Below are positions 53,713-64,000 of a DNA stretch of 64,000 nt, piece after piece. The position numbers and the translations under genes were made by a program. The notes under the pieces were generated by a model. The model did no database searches, had not been told where the DNA came from, and saw only the letters and a program-made list of their open reading frames with translations. The DNA comes from an uncultured Acidobacteriota bacterium (GTDB taxonomy: Bacteria > Acidobacteriota > Thermoanaerobaculia > Gp7-AA8), in the NCBI GenBank assembly GCA_963822445.1, contig CAWGHO010000001.1, positions 320,001 through 384,000 on the forward strand, written 5' to 3'. The first letter of the stretch is position 1. Every line of letters begins with the position of its first letter.

Positions 53713-54516
53713 ATGTTATCCAAATCATCGAGAGCCGCAACCGCACTCTGCCTCGTGCTGTTGTGCGCATCCTGTTCGCGCCTGCTGCCGTGGCGCACCG
53801 CGCCTCCGGACGAAGAAGTCAACATTTCCTTCACCCTGGAGAACAATCTGGTAATCCTGCCGTCGACCCTGCGCATCGACGGCCACGCCGGCCGCTTCAT
53901 CCTCGGCAGCGCCAGCCGCCGGACCGCAATCGATGACGGATTTGCCGGTGCGGGCCGCGTGCTGACCATCCAGGCGAGGGACGCCCTGCGCCTCTCGTCC
54001 GTTCGCGTCGACCTGCAGGGAGTTGCGGATGCGATCGTCGGCGCGGACGTCTGGGGCCGCAATGCGATCTCGATCGATTACCGCAGCGGCCTGGTGACGT
54101 ATCAGAAGAGCGGCATCGAGCGGAGTCAGATGAAGACCTTCCGCTACCGCGACGAGCCGTCGGTCTGGGTGGAGGTGAACGGACGCCGCGTCGCCGCGGT
54201 CGTCGATACCTCCAGCCCCGACACGCTGGTCCTTCCCGGATCGACCACGACGCGCGGGATGGTGAACGTGAGCGTCGCCGGAACGGACTTTGGCGCGGTC
54301 GACGTGCAGTTCACCAACGTTTCGAGGCCGCGCATCGGCAACCGGCTGCTGTCTCGCTTCCTGGTGACGATCGATTACGGGCGGCGGGTGGTGGGGTTGT
54401 GGCGGGATCCGCGGATCCCGCTCGTACCTGATGTCATCCCGAGCGAAGTCGAGGGACCTGGCGGTGCGGGCGGCGCGGCCGCTGCGCCACCCGATCCGCC
54501 CAGGTCCCTCGACTGA
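53713..54516 (+). CDS. Lipoprotein with two retropepsin-like aspartyl protease domains
   Basis: CASC lipobox-like; ILGSAS (degenerate) and VVDTSS; IVGAD/IGNRLL, IDY motifs. Confidence 0.7.
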   Translation: MLSKSSRAATALCLVLLCASCSRLLPWRTAPPDEEVNISFTLENNLVILPSTLRIDGHAGRFILGSASRRTAIDDGFAGAGRVLTIQARDALRLSSVRVDLQGVADAIVGADVWGRNAISIDYRSGLVTYQKSGIERSQMKTFRYRDEPSVWVEVNGRRVAAVVDTSSPDTLVLPGSTTTRGMVNVSVAGTDFGAVDVQFTNVSRPRIGNRLLSRFLVTIDYGRRVVGLWRDPRIPLVPDVIPSEVEGPGGAGGAAAAPPDPPRSLD

Positions 54517-54530
54517 CGCTCGGGATGACA
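54432..54530. repeat. TGTCATCCCGAGC-type palindromic repeat overlapping CDS 3' end
   Basis: tgtcatcccgagcgaagtcgagggacctgg ... cccaggtccctcgactgacgctcgggatgaca. Confidence 0.88.
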
Positions 54531-54552
54531 CGGGGCGTGGCATCATCGCGTC

Positions 54553-55722
54553 TTGCGCGCCGCCTTATTCGTCCTCCTCCTCGCGCCCACCGCCCTCGCT
54601 CAATCCTCGTTCGACCTTCAGGGCTACGTCGCCGCGCGAGGCATCAACGCCAGCGGACCGACCTCCTGGCTTGACGGCGGAATCGGACGGCTGGAGTCGT
54701 CCGGGGGGAATCGCGATGAATTCGACGCCGTCGCCCAGCTCGGCTTCGACTGGACGCCTTCCCGCTACTTCGATCTGCACGCGAGCGGGGTCGCGCGCGA
54801 AGAGGGCTCGGGCCTCATCGAAGCCTACGCGGACGCGCGGCTCATCTTCGGCCTCGACGAAGTCCAGCTTCGTGCCGGCCAGTTCTTCCTCCCCACTTCG
54901 CGCGAGAACAAAGACGCGCTCTGGGCCTCGCCGTACTCGATCAGCTTCTCCGCGCTGAACACCTGGATCGCGCAGGAAGTCCGTCCCGTCGGTGTCGATC
55001 TGGAATGGCGGCACACACTGCAGCGCGGCCACATCCTCACTACCGCCCTCACCGCCTTCCGCGGCAACGACTCCATGGGCGCCCTCCTCGGATGGCGAGG
55101 CTGGACGATCGGCAATCGCCTTTCGTCGTACGACGAGCTCCTGCCTCTGCCACAGCTCAGCCCCTTTTTCGCCGACCAGCGCGACGACGGCACGAAGCCA
55201 TTCGGTCGCGATCTCGACGGCAAAACCGGCTACTCCGGGCGCGTCCGCTACTCCGTCCCGCAAAAGGGAAACGTCCAGTACGCGTACGTCGACAACCGCG
55301 GCGATCGCGAGCTTCATCGCGGCGAGTACGCGTGGGCCACCGACTTTCATCTGATCAGCGGCGAGATCGGCGAACCGGACAACCTGATCGTCGCGGCAGA
55401 GCTCATGCGCGGCTCGACGGGGATGGGATTCGCCCCCGCATTCGTGCAAGGCGATTTCTACGCCGCGTACGCGCTGATCTCGCACGAGCGCGGCCGCAAC
55501 CGATGGACGGCGCGGTACGACCTCTTCGGCGTCGACGAGAAAGATTTCTCGCTGGCCGGCACGAACGACGAGACCGGCCGGTCGTGGACGCTGGCCTGGC
55601 TGTACGACATCACCCCGTCGATCCGCGGCGGCGCGGAATTCACGCAGATCACGGGGAAGAACTTCGCCGGTCAGGGAACGAACGGCCGCACGGTGACCGT
55701 GGAAGCGCGCTACGCGTTCTGA
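54553..55722 (+). CDS. Outer-membrane beta-barrel protein, hypothetical
   Basis: Signal peptide, amphipathic strands, C-terminal EARYAF. Confidence 0.8.
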   Translation: MRAALFVLLLAPTALAQSSFDLQGYVAARGINASGPTSWLDGGIGRLESSGGNRDEFDAVAQLGFDWTPSRYFDLHASGVAREEGSGLIEAYADARLIFGLDEVQLRAGQFFLPTSRENKDALWASPYSISFSALNTWIAQEVRPVGVDLEWRHTLQRGHILTTALTAFRGNDSMGALLGWRGWTIGNRLSSYDELLPLPQLSPFFADQRDDGTKPFGRDLDGKTGYSGRVRYSVPQKGNVQYAYVDNRGDRELHRGEYAWATDFHLISGEIGEPDNLIVAAELMRGSTGMGFAPAFVQGDFYAAYALISHERGRNRWTARYDLFGVDEKDFSLAGTNDETGRSWTLAWLYDITPSIRGGAEFTQITGKNFAGQGTNGRTVTVEARYAF

Positions 55723-56549
55723 ACGACCACGCGCCCCTTCCCCAGCGCCTTCCCTCGATACATGGCCTCGTCCGCGCTGCGCAGGAACTCCTCCGCGCTG
55801 GACAGCGGCTCGCGATACATCGCGATTCCCACCGTCGCGCCGAAGCCGATGTCTCCGTACACCGACGCCACGTCCCGAATTCGCTCGACGAGCGTGTCGG
55901 CCACCCGGCGGGCCTCGAGCTCGCCAGCGTCGCGGCAGAGCAGGACCGCGAATTCGTCGCCGCCGATGCGCGCAACCACGTCCTCTTCGTTCACCGACTC
56001 ACGGAGAACGCGCGCGACTTCCATGAGGATGTCGTCGCCCGCGGCGTGCCCCAGCCGGTCGTTGAAGGCCTTGAAGTTGTCGAGATCGATGTAGAGGATC
56101 GCCAGCGGATGCCCCTTCTTCAGCTCCGACTCAGCGTGCTCGAGGAACGCCCGGGAGTTGGCCAGACCGGTGTTAGCGTCCGTTCGCGCGAGAATCGCCT
56201 CCCGCACCGCGAGTTGCCGGAGCTTCTCGCGATCGCCGCGCAGAATGGCGATGAAGACGCCTTCCGAAACGAAGATCACGAAACGGGTGAAGGCGTTCCA
56301 CAGCGAAATGGCCACCGCGGTGCCGTCCACTCTCCCGACGAGATCGGCCGCGAGCCAGGACGCACCGGCCAGGGTCGCCACCACCACTGCCGGCCCGACG
56401 CCGCCGTACCACGCGCTGAGCGCGATCGGCACGAGGTAGAACAGCGACAGGCCGATCTCGCGCGGGGTGACCTGATCGAGCCAGCCGATGAGCAGCACGA
56501 TCGCGAGTGACGCCGAGGTCACGAAGAGACGCTTTGTGTTATCGGGCAC
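55710..56549 (-). CDS. Membrane-bound diguanylate cyclase
   Basis: 4 TM segments; DLDNFK, GHAAGD, RIGGDEF. Confidence 0.93.
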   Translation of the reverse strand: MPDNTKRLFVTSASLAIVLLIGWLDQVTPREIGLSLFYLVPIALSAWYGGVGPAVVVATLAGASWLAADLVGRVDGTAVAISLWNAFTRFVIFVSEGVFIAILRGDREKLRQLAVREAILARTDANTGLANSRAFLEHAESELKKGHPLAILYIDLDNFKAFNDRLGHAAGDDILMEVARVLRESVNEEDVVARIGGDEFAVLLCRDAGELEARRVADTLVERIRDVASVYGDIGFGATVGIAMYREPLSSAEEFLRSADEAMYRGKALGKGRVVVQNA

Positions 56550-56601
56550 GTCCGGAAGTCTCAGTCCATCCAATGTCTGTGCCCGCTGGTACGGGCGGCG
56601 C

Positions 56602-58269
56602 ATGGATGCGCTCCCAATGCGCGTGTTTCCGATCGTCGTGCTCGCCTTGATGTGCGCAGGAGACCCGCCCGCCCAGGTCCCTCGACAGGCTCGGGATGAC
56701 AGGGCCGCCGACTTCGATCTGATCATCCGCGGCGGCGAGGTTCTCGATGGCCTCGGCGCACCGCGAACACGCGCGGACGTCGGCATCCGCGGCGACAACA
56801 TCGCGCACGTCGGCGACCTCTCGAAATCGACCGCTTCAACGACCATCGACGCGACCGGCAAGGTCGTCACGCCCGGCTTCATCGACCTCCTCGGCAACTC
56901 CCAGGCCGCGGTGCTGATCGACCCGAAGCTCGAAGGGAAGATCCGTCAGGGCGTGACGACCGAGGTGACTGGCGAAGGTTTTTCGCCCGGCCCGCTCGAC
57001 GAGGAGATGGCCGCGGAGATGGAGCGCACGAAACCCGCCGGATGGCCGAGAGTCACCTGGCGAACCCTCGGCGAATTCATGAAAGTCGTCGAGTCGCGCG
57101 GCTCCGCGCTCAACTTCGCGTTCTTCATCGGCGCCCGCAATCCCCGCGAAATGGTGCTCGGTCACGCCGAGCGCGCGCCGACCGCGGCCGAACAGAAGGA
57201 AATGAATCGCCTCGTGCAGCAGGCGGTCGAAGAAGGAGCAGTCGGTTTAGCCAGCGCGTTGATTTATCCGCCGGGACGATTCGCGACGACCGCGGAGCTG
57301 ACGGCGATGGCGCGCGTCGCCGGGTCGTACTGGACGCATCTCCGCAACGAGGCCGATCGCATCGAGCCGGCGATCGACGAGGCGATCAAGATCGGCCGCG
57401 ACGCGAACGTGCCGGTCGACATCTTCCACCTGAAGATCGGCGGCGAGCAGAACCGGGGCCGAATGCCGCACATCGTGAAGAAGATCGAGGCCGCGCGCGC
57501 GAGCGGTCTCGACATCGCGTCGAATGTCTACCCCTTCACCGCGACGTCGACTGATCTCATCTCGATCGTTCCGGCCTGGGCGCTCGAAGGCGGTTACCTG
57601 AAGTTCGTCGATCGGTTAAAGGACCCGGCGACGCGGACCAAGATCGCCGGCGAGTTGCGCGAGGGGCGTCTGCGCGGCAACGGCGCATCGAGCATCGCCG
57701 TACGCGCGGCGCAGACGCGCCGGCTCGATGAGATCGCGAAGTCGATGAATGTCGATGCGGCCGAGGCGGCGTTGCGGTTGTTCGAGCAGAGCGCGAAGTC
57801 GCCGATCGCCATCTTCTTCTCCCTTAGCGAAGAGGACATGAAAGTCGCGCTGGTGCAGCCGTGGGTCGCGTTCGGATCGGACTCCGGCGCCGTCGTCGGC
57901 GAAATGCGCAACAGCGGCGCGCATCCGCGCGCGTATGCGACGTTTTCGAAAGTGCTGGCGCGCTACGTTCGCGAGCAGAAGCTGCTCACGCTGGAGGAAG
58001 CGGTGCGGAAGATGACTTCCCTCGCCGCGTCCCGCGCGCGCCTGAGCGATCGTGGCGTGCTGAAGGCCGGCATGAAGGCGGACGTGGTCGTCTTCGATCC
58101 GAAGACCGTTCGTGACGTCTCGACGTATGAGGATCCGCATCATTTCTCCGAGGGCGTGTCGCACGTGATCGTGAACGGGACGCTCGTGCTGAGGGACGGA
58201 ACGATAACCGGCGCGTTGCCGGGACGGATTCTGCGGCGCGTCAGCGGTACTGCAAAATCGCCGCGATGA
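56602..58269 (+). CDS. N-acyl-D-amino-acid deacylase family amidohydrolase
   Basis: PGFID, QGVTT, HLRNE, FGSDSG, HPRAYATF. Confidence 0.92.
   Translation: MDALPMRVFPIVVLALMCAGDPPAQVPRQARDDRAADFDLIIRGGEVLDGLGAPRTRADVGIRGDNIAHVGDLSKSTASTTIDATGKVVTPGFIDLLGNSQAAVLIDPKLEGKIRQGVTTEVTGEGFSPGPLDEEMAAEMERTKPAGWPRVTWRTLGEFMKVVESRGSALNFAFFIGARNPREMVLGHAERAPTAAEQKEMNRLVQQAVEEGAVGLASALIYPPGRFATTAELTAMARVAGSYWTHLRNEADRIEPAIDEAIKIGRDANVPVDIFHLKIGGEQNRGRMPHIVKKIEAARASGLDIASNVYPFTATSTDLISIVPAWALEGGYLKFVDRLKDPATRTKIAGELREGRLRGNGASSIAVRAAQTRRLDEIAKSMNVDAAEAALRLFEQSAKSPIAIFFSLSEEDMKVALVQPWVAFGSDSGAVVGEMRNSGAHPRAYATFSKVLARYVREQKLLTLEEAVRKMTSLAASRARLSDRGVLKAGMKADVVVFDPKTVRDVSTYEDPHHFSEGVSHVIVNGTLVLRDGTITGALPGRILRRVSGTAKSPR
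56671..56701. repeat. Half copy of the TGTCATCCCGAGC repeat inside CDS 5' end
   Basis: gcccaggtccctcgacaggctcgggatgaca, near-identical to 54498-54530. Confidence 0.8.
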
Positions 58270-59052
58270 GCGCGCCGGAAAGCAGCAGCACCGACATCAC
58301 CCACACGCCGATCCAGAGCAGCACCGTCTTGGCGATGGCCTTGCCGCGCGTCTGACCGTAGAACCGGCGCTGCGCGAAGTACAGGTAGACCATGTGCACG
58401 AGCACGCCGATTACTCCGACCGTTTTCTGCAGCGGTCCTGGCGAAAACCCGGCCATCGCGTAGATCGGCCAGACCAGAACCAGTCCGAACAGATACGTGA
58501 ACGAGAGGTAATGCGCCGAGAACACGAGGTGCTCGACGAAGTAGCGTTTGCGTCTCCTGTAGAGCAGTTTGAGCACGACGGCCATGCCGACGACGTTCAC
58601 GAGCTGCAGCATCGACAGGTTCTTCTGCCAGCGATGGTTGATGCGCTCCGCGTGCTGCTCGAGGGGCATCTTGTACTTCGCGGCCTTCTTCTCGATCAGC
58701 CGCTGGACGTTGCCGCTCTTGTCGAACTTCATGAAATTCAGGACGTCGTACATCGCCGCAGGTTTGTAGGCGGTGAAAGCGATGAACTGGATGGCGAAGA
58801 GCGTCAGGAACAGCCGGATCGGCGAGATGTAGCGTTTCTTGCGGCCGGCGAAATATTCGGCGGTGAGAAATCCCGGCCGCACGACGAGCAGCTTCAGCGT
58901 CTGAAAGAGCTTCGAATCGAGATGAAAGAGCTCGTGGAAGAGATCGTGGGTGAAGTGGCCGACGGTCAGATCGTGATGGCTGGGCTGCTTCTCGCCGCAG
59001 CGGGCGCAGAAGACCTCGACGTTTTCCGCGCCGCAATTCGTGCAGATCTCGT

Positions 59053-59056
<4 letters not shown>
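58241..59056 (-). CDS. DUF3667 domain membrane protein
   Basis: CTNCG..FCARCGE, DSKLFQTL, RPGFLTAEY..GRKKRYISP, YFVEHLVF. Confidence 0.9.
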
Positions 59057-60949
<1,893 letters not shown>

Positions 60950-60962
60950 GCCGGATGATTTT

Positions 60963-61044
60963 AAGGCGCAAAGGCTCAAAGGCTCAGAGGCTCAAGAAAA
61001 AGGCAGAACCTTTGAGCCTTTGCGCCGTTGAGCCTTTGCGCCTA
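60963..61044. repeat. Inverted tandem-octamer element (AAGGCTCA)n ... (TGAGCCTT)n
   Basis: aaggcgca aaggctca aaggctca gaggctca ... tgagcctt tgcgccgt tgagcctt tgcgccta. Confidence 0.92.
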
Positions 61045-61965
61045 CCGAGCGCGGCTGCGGGACGTCGACTTCGCCACCGCCTCGCGCGGCGCACTCTTCG
61101 GCGCCTTCCGCTCCTGCTTCGACTTGATCGGAAGCTTCGTCACGGCGGACTTCGCCGACGGTGCGGCGGCTTTCGCCGCGGGTTTCGACGAGGTCTTCGG
61201 CGATCCGAGGCTCTTGCGGAGGGCTTCCATCAGGTCGATGACCTGCGCTTTGGGCTCGTCGAGGAGAGCGCTGGTGATCTCCTCCCCTTCCACCTTGCGC
61301 TGGATGAGGGCGCGCATGCGCTCCTGCACTTCGTCGCGGTAGTTCTCGGGATGGAAGGCATCGCTCGCGCTCATCTCGGCGAGCTGGATGGCCATCTTCA
61401 GCTCGCTGTCCTTCACTTCCGCATCGCCCAGATCGATGTCGTCCAGCGAGCGGAGCTCGTTGGGGTAGTAGAGCTGCTGCATGACCAGCCCCTTGCCGAG
61501 CGGGCGGATGATCACCAGGTAGCCCTTGCCGCGGGCTGCGTACTTGGCGATGGCCCAGCGGCCGGTCTCCTGCAACGCGCGCGACAGCAGCGCGTACGCG
61601 CGGGCGCCCTGCTTGTCCGGGCCGAGGTAGTAGGGCTTGGCGAAGTAGATCGGGTCGATCAGATCGGACTTCACGAACTCGGTGATGTCGATCTGCTGCG
61701 TCGACTTCTCCTCGAGCTGCTTGATCTCCTCGTCCTCGAACAGCACGTACTGGCCTTTGGAGAACTCGTAGCCCTTGACCACTTCCGTGCGGTCGATGGT
61801 GCGCTCGTCCTTGGGACAGAAGAGCTGCTGCTGGATGCGGCTTCCGCAGTCCTTGTGCAGCATGTTGAAGGAGATCTTCTCGGACGACTCGGCGGCGGAG
61901 AAGAGTTTGATCGGGATCGAAACGAGCCCGAAGGCAATCTGTCCAGTAGCTATCGCACGCGGCAT
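61042..61965 (-). CDS. ku: Non-homologous end-joining protein Ku
   Basis: RAIATGQIAFGLVSIP, VKGYE, IDPIYF..PYYL, VIDLMEALRKSL, basic tail. Confidence 0.96.
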   Translation of the reverse strand: MPRAIATGQIAFGLVSIPIKLFSAAESSEKISFNMLHKDCGSRIQQQLFCPKDERTIDRTEVVKGYEFSKGQYVLFEDEEIKQLEEKSTQQIDITEFVKSDLIDPIYFAKPYYLGPDKQGARAYALLSRALQETGRWAIAKYAARGKGYLVIIRPLGKGLVMQQLYYPNELRSLDDIDLGDAEVKDSELKMAIQLAEMSASDAFHPENYRDEVQERMRALIQRKVEGEEITSALLDEPKAQVIDLMEALRKSLGSPKTSSKPAAKAAAPSAKSAVTKLPIKSKQERKAPKSAPREAVAKSTSRSRAR

Positions 61966-62064
61966 GGAGACCCTCTCGATTTACTTGAGATCCAACCGGG
62001 AAATGGAAACCGATAATCCGAGGCGAAGTGCCCAAAAGCCTGTGCATCTTACAATGCGTCGCCG

Positions 62065-62424
62065 GTGAATCGCTACGAGCTGATCTGGTCGGTAGTCCGG
62101 AAGATCCCCCGCGGTCGCGTCGCGACGTACGGCCAGATCGCCGAGCTCGCCGGCCTCGAAGGCCACGCCCGCCAGGTCGGCTACGCCCTCCACAACCTGC
62201 CCGAGCGCAGCAACGTCCCCTGGCACCGCGTCATCAATTCGCGCGGCGAAGTCTCGCCGCGCTCCAGCGGTGATTCGCACGAGCTGCAACGGCATCTGCT
62301 CGAAGCCGAAGGCGTGGAGCTCGATTTGCGAGGGAGGGTGGACTTGGGGCGGTTCGCGTGGAGAGGCTCAAAGGCTCAAAGGCTCAAAGGCGCAAAGAAG
62401 GCGTCTGGCGGCACACCCCTGTGA
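62065..62424 (+). CDS. Alkyltransferase-like (ATL/YbaZ, MGMT family) protein
   Basis: IPRGRVATYGQIA, ARQVG, PWHRV (Trp in place of Cys), LLEAEGV. Confidence 0.93.
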   Translation: MNRYELIWSVVRKIPRGRVATYGQIAELAGLEGHARQVGYALHNLPERSNVPWHRVINSRGEVSPRSSGDSHELQRHLLEAEGVELDLRGRVDLGRFAWRGSKAQRLKGAKKASGGTPL

Positions 62425-62492
62425 GCCTCTGAGCCTCTGAGCCTCTGAGCCTCTGAGCCTCTGAGCCTTTGCGCCTTTGAGCCTTCCGCCTA
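62362..62492. repeat. Inverted tandem-octamer element (AAGGCTCA)n ... (TGAGCCTC)n
   Basis: About 4 units in the left arm, about 8 in the right arm (gagcctct x5). Confidence 0.93.
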
Positions 62493-63854
62493 CTTCCGCA
62501 CCGCCCTCCTCCTCTGCATGAACTGCCCCGCGAGAATCTGGCCGCCCTGCACCTCGTCCGGCTGTCCACCGTAATGCGCTTGCGAGGTGAAGAGGATCCA
62601 TCCCGGGCCGAGGATCTCGGCGGCGTCGATGATGCCCGATGACTCTTCGTTGATGGTCATGCTTCCTCCTTCGCCGAAACGGGCCGGATCGTGGGTGGCG
62701 ATCGGTCTCGGGTCTTCGCCGGTGACGAGGTCGTAGCGCCAGATCTGCCCGAGGCGCGGATTCGGACCGGGGTCTTCCTGGACGTAGAGAATGCCGTGCG
62801 CGGTGATGGCGATGTTGTCCATCCCCCGCGGTCCGGCGCTGTCGTCGAAGATCATCGACACCTGTCCTCCGGCGGTCACGTCGTCGATGTCGTCGAAACG
62901 AAGGCGCCACAGACGCGAGGTGGTGGTGACGCCGGTCGTCGCGAAGTAGAAGTCGCGTGGTCTCGACGGATCCCAGGCGCCATCTTCCGGGCGCTGCCAC
63001 GCGGTGATGCCGGCCGCGTTGCTGTCGTTTTCCAGCCTGGGGCCGTCGGCGTTCGAGACGTCGCCGAGATCGGCGAGCTCGAATCGCGCGGACACGATCC
63101 CGCTGTTCGTTTCCCGCGGAAAGTCCAAGACCTTCACGCCATACAGGCGGCCGTTGTTCAGGCCCGCGCGATCGGCAGGAGTCCCGGTGTTCGTTTTTGT
63201 CCCGACATAGACGTAGACCTGACCGGTGTGGTCATCGTCGAGGCCGGTCACCACGGTCTTGGTTCCGGTCGCGTAGTGCGGCACCTGGTTTTCCCAGGAG
63301 GCGCGGCCGAGGCGGGGAAGCTCGTAGGTCGTGCCGTCGAGGGTGTGTGCAAACGCGCGGCCGGAAGCCGGCACTTCCTCGCCGTTCAGAAACAGACGAT
63401 CCGGATATCCCGTGTTTGTCTCCGCATCGTGAAAAGCGCTCACCTCTCCCAGCGTCGCGGAGCACAGCCGGTGGAAGGCATGCGCCCGATCGTGCTCGTA
63501 CGATCGCGAAGCCGGAAGCCAGCGATAGACGGTGTGCACCAGGTCACCGCCTTCCAGGACAGCGAGGTCGCTCTTGCGGATCCGCCACTTCGAGATCGTC
63601 GCTCCGATTCCGCCGTGCCGGCGCTGCACGTTGACCGTCCGCGGAATCTCATGGTTGACCAGCAGCGTGAATGTGCCGTCGCCGTTGTCCCAGGCGCCCA
63701 GTCCGTCGGGAGTCGCGGACATCCGGTATCCGCCCACCTGGTCACCGGTCGTGAGGATGGAGATGGTGCGCAGATTGGGCTCGAGGGGAAGAACGTACGG
63801 GGGGTGGGAGGAACTCGGGCCGGTGAGCGCGGCCGCGAGGATCAGGGCGAGCAT
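62490..63854 (-). CDS. Secreted PhoX-like alkaline phosphatase domain protein with RRRAVRK tail
   Basis: PDGLG, LVNHE, RLCSA, GEE, RPEDGAWD, MDNI, QED, ESSG; ends QRRRAVRK. Confidence 0.8.
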   Translation of the reverse strand: MLALILAAALTGPSSSHPPYVLPLEPNLRTISILTTGDQVGGYRMSATPDGLGAWDNGDGTFTLLVNHEIPRTVNVQRRHGGIGATISKWRIRKSDLAVLEGGDLVHTVYRWLPASRSYEHDRAHAFHRLCSATLGEVSAFHDAETNTGYPDRLFLNGEEVPASGRAFAHTLDGTTYELPRLGRASWENQVPHYATGTKTVVTGLDDDHTGQVYVYVGTKTNTGTPADRAGLNNGRLYGVKVLDFPRETNSGIVSARFELADLGDVSNADGPRLENDSNAAGITAWQRPEDGAWDPSRPRDFYFATTGVTTTSRLWRLRFDDIDDVTAGGQVSMIFDDSAGPRGMDNIAITAHGILYVQEDPGPNPRLGQIWRYDLVTGEDPRPIATHDPARFGEGGSMTINEESSGIIDAAEILGPGWILFTSQAHYGGQPDEVQGGQILAGQFMQRRRAVRK

Positions 63855-63888
63855 GCCGTTGTGACAAGCACGGGGAGTGCCGTGGGCG

Positions 63889-63976
63889 AAGTCGCAGAGT
63901 CGCAGAGTCTCAGAGTCTCAGAGAGGAAAGCGTTGAGATCCTCTTTGAGACTCTGCGACTTTGAGACTCTGCGACT
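63889..63976. repeat. Inverted tandem-octamer element (AGTCKCAG)n ... (CTGMGACT)n
   Basis: agtcgcag agtcgcag agtctcag agtctcag ... ttgagact ctgcgact ttgagact ctgcgact. Confidence 0.92.
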
Positions 63977-64000
63977 CCCGTTCTCTACCGCTCCACCGAA

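Overview
A high-GC, gene-dense bacterial chromosome segment. Gene content and protein style suggest Acidobacteriota, probably Thermoanaerobaculia (inference). It carries about 60 protein genes: housekeeping and metabolism (two cysteine desulfurases, def, murI, moaC, mobA, pcnB, lepB, pruA, pepA, acyl-CoA carboxylase), envelope and secreted proteins, c-di-GMP signalling, and a Ku / MerR-TPR / ATL DNA-repair cluster. No rRNA, tRNA or CRISPR array was seen. Main points of interest: (1) Twelve elements built from two inverted arms of tandem 7- or 8-mers in eight different unit sequences. They sit at gene ends and sometimes enter coding sequence. (2) A complete IS110/IS1111-type element inserted in a REP-like palindrome. 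Its 3' non-coding end contains segments matching its own target and donor junctions, as expected of a bridge/seek RNA. (3) Several secreted proteins ending in (R/K)RR(A/S)VR, a candidate uncharacterised C-terminal sorting signal. (4) A Cys/His- and RAPP-containing leader peptide upstream of a His-rich TonB-dependent receptor. (5) Frequent TANNNT -10 boxes 5-10 nt before start codons, indicating leaderless transcription. Several otherwise intact genes carry 1-nt frameshifts that are probably sequencing or assembly errors.
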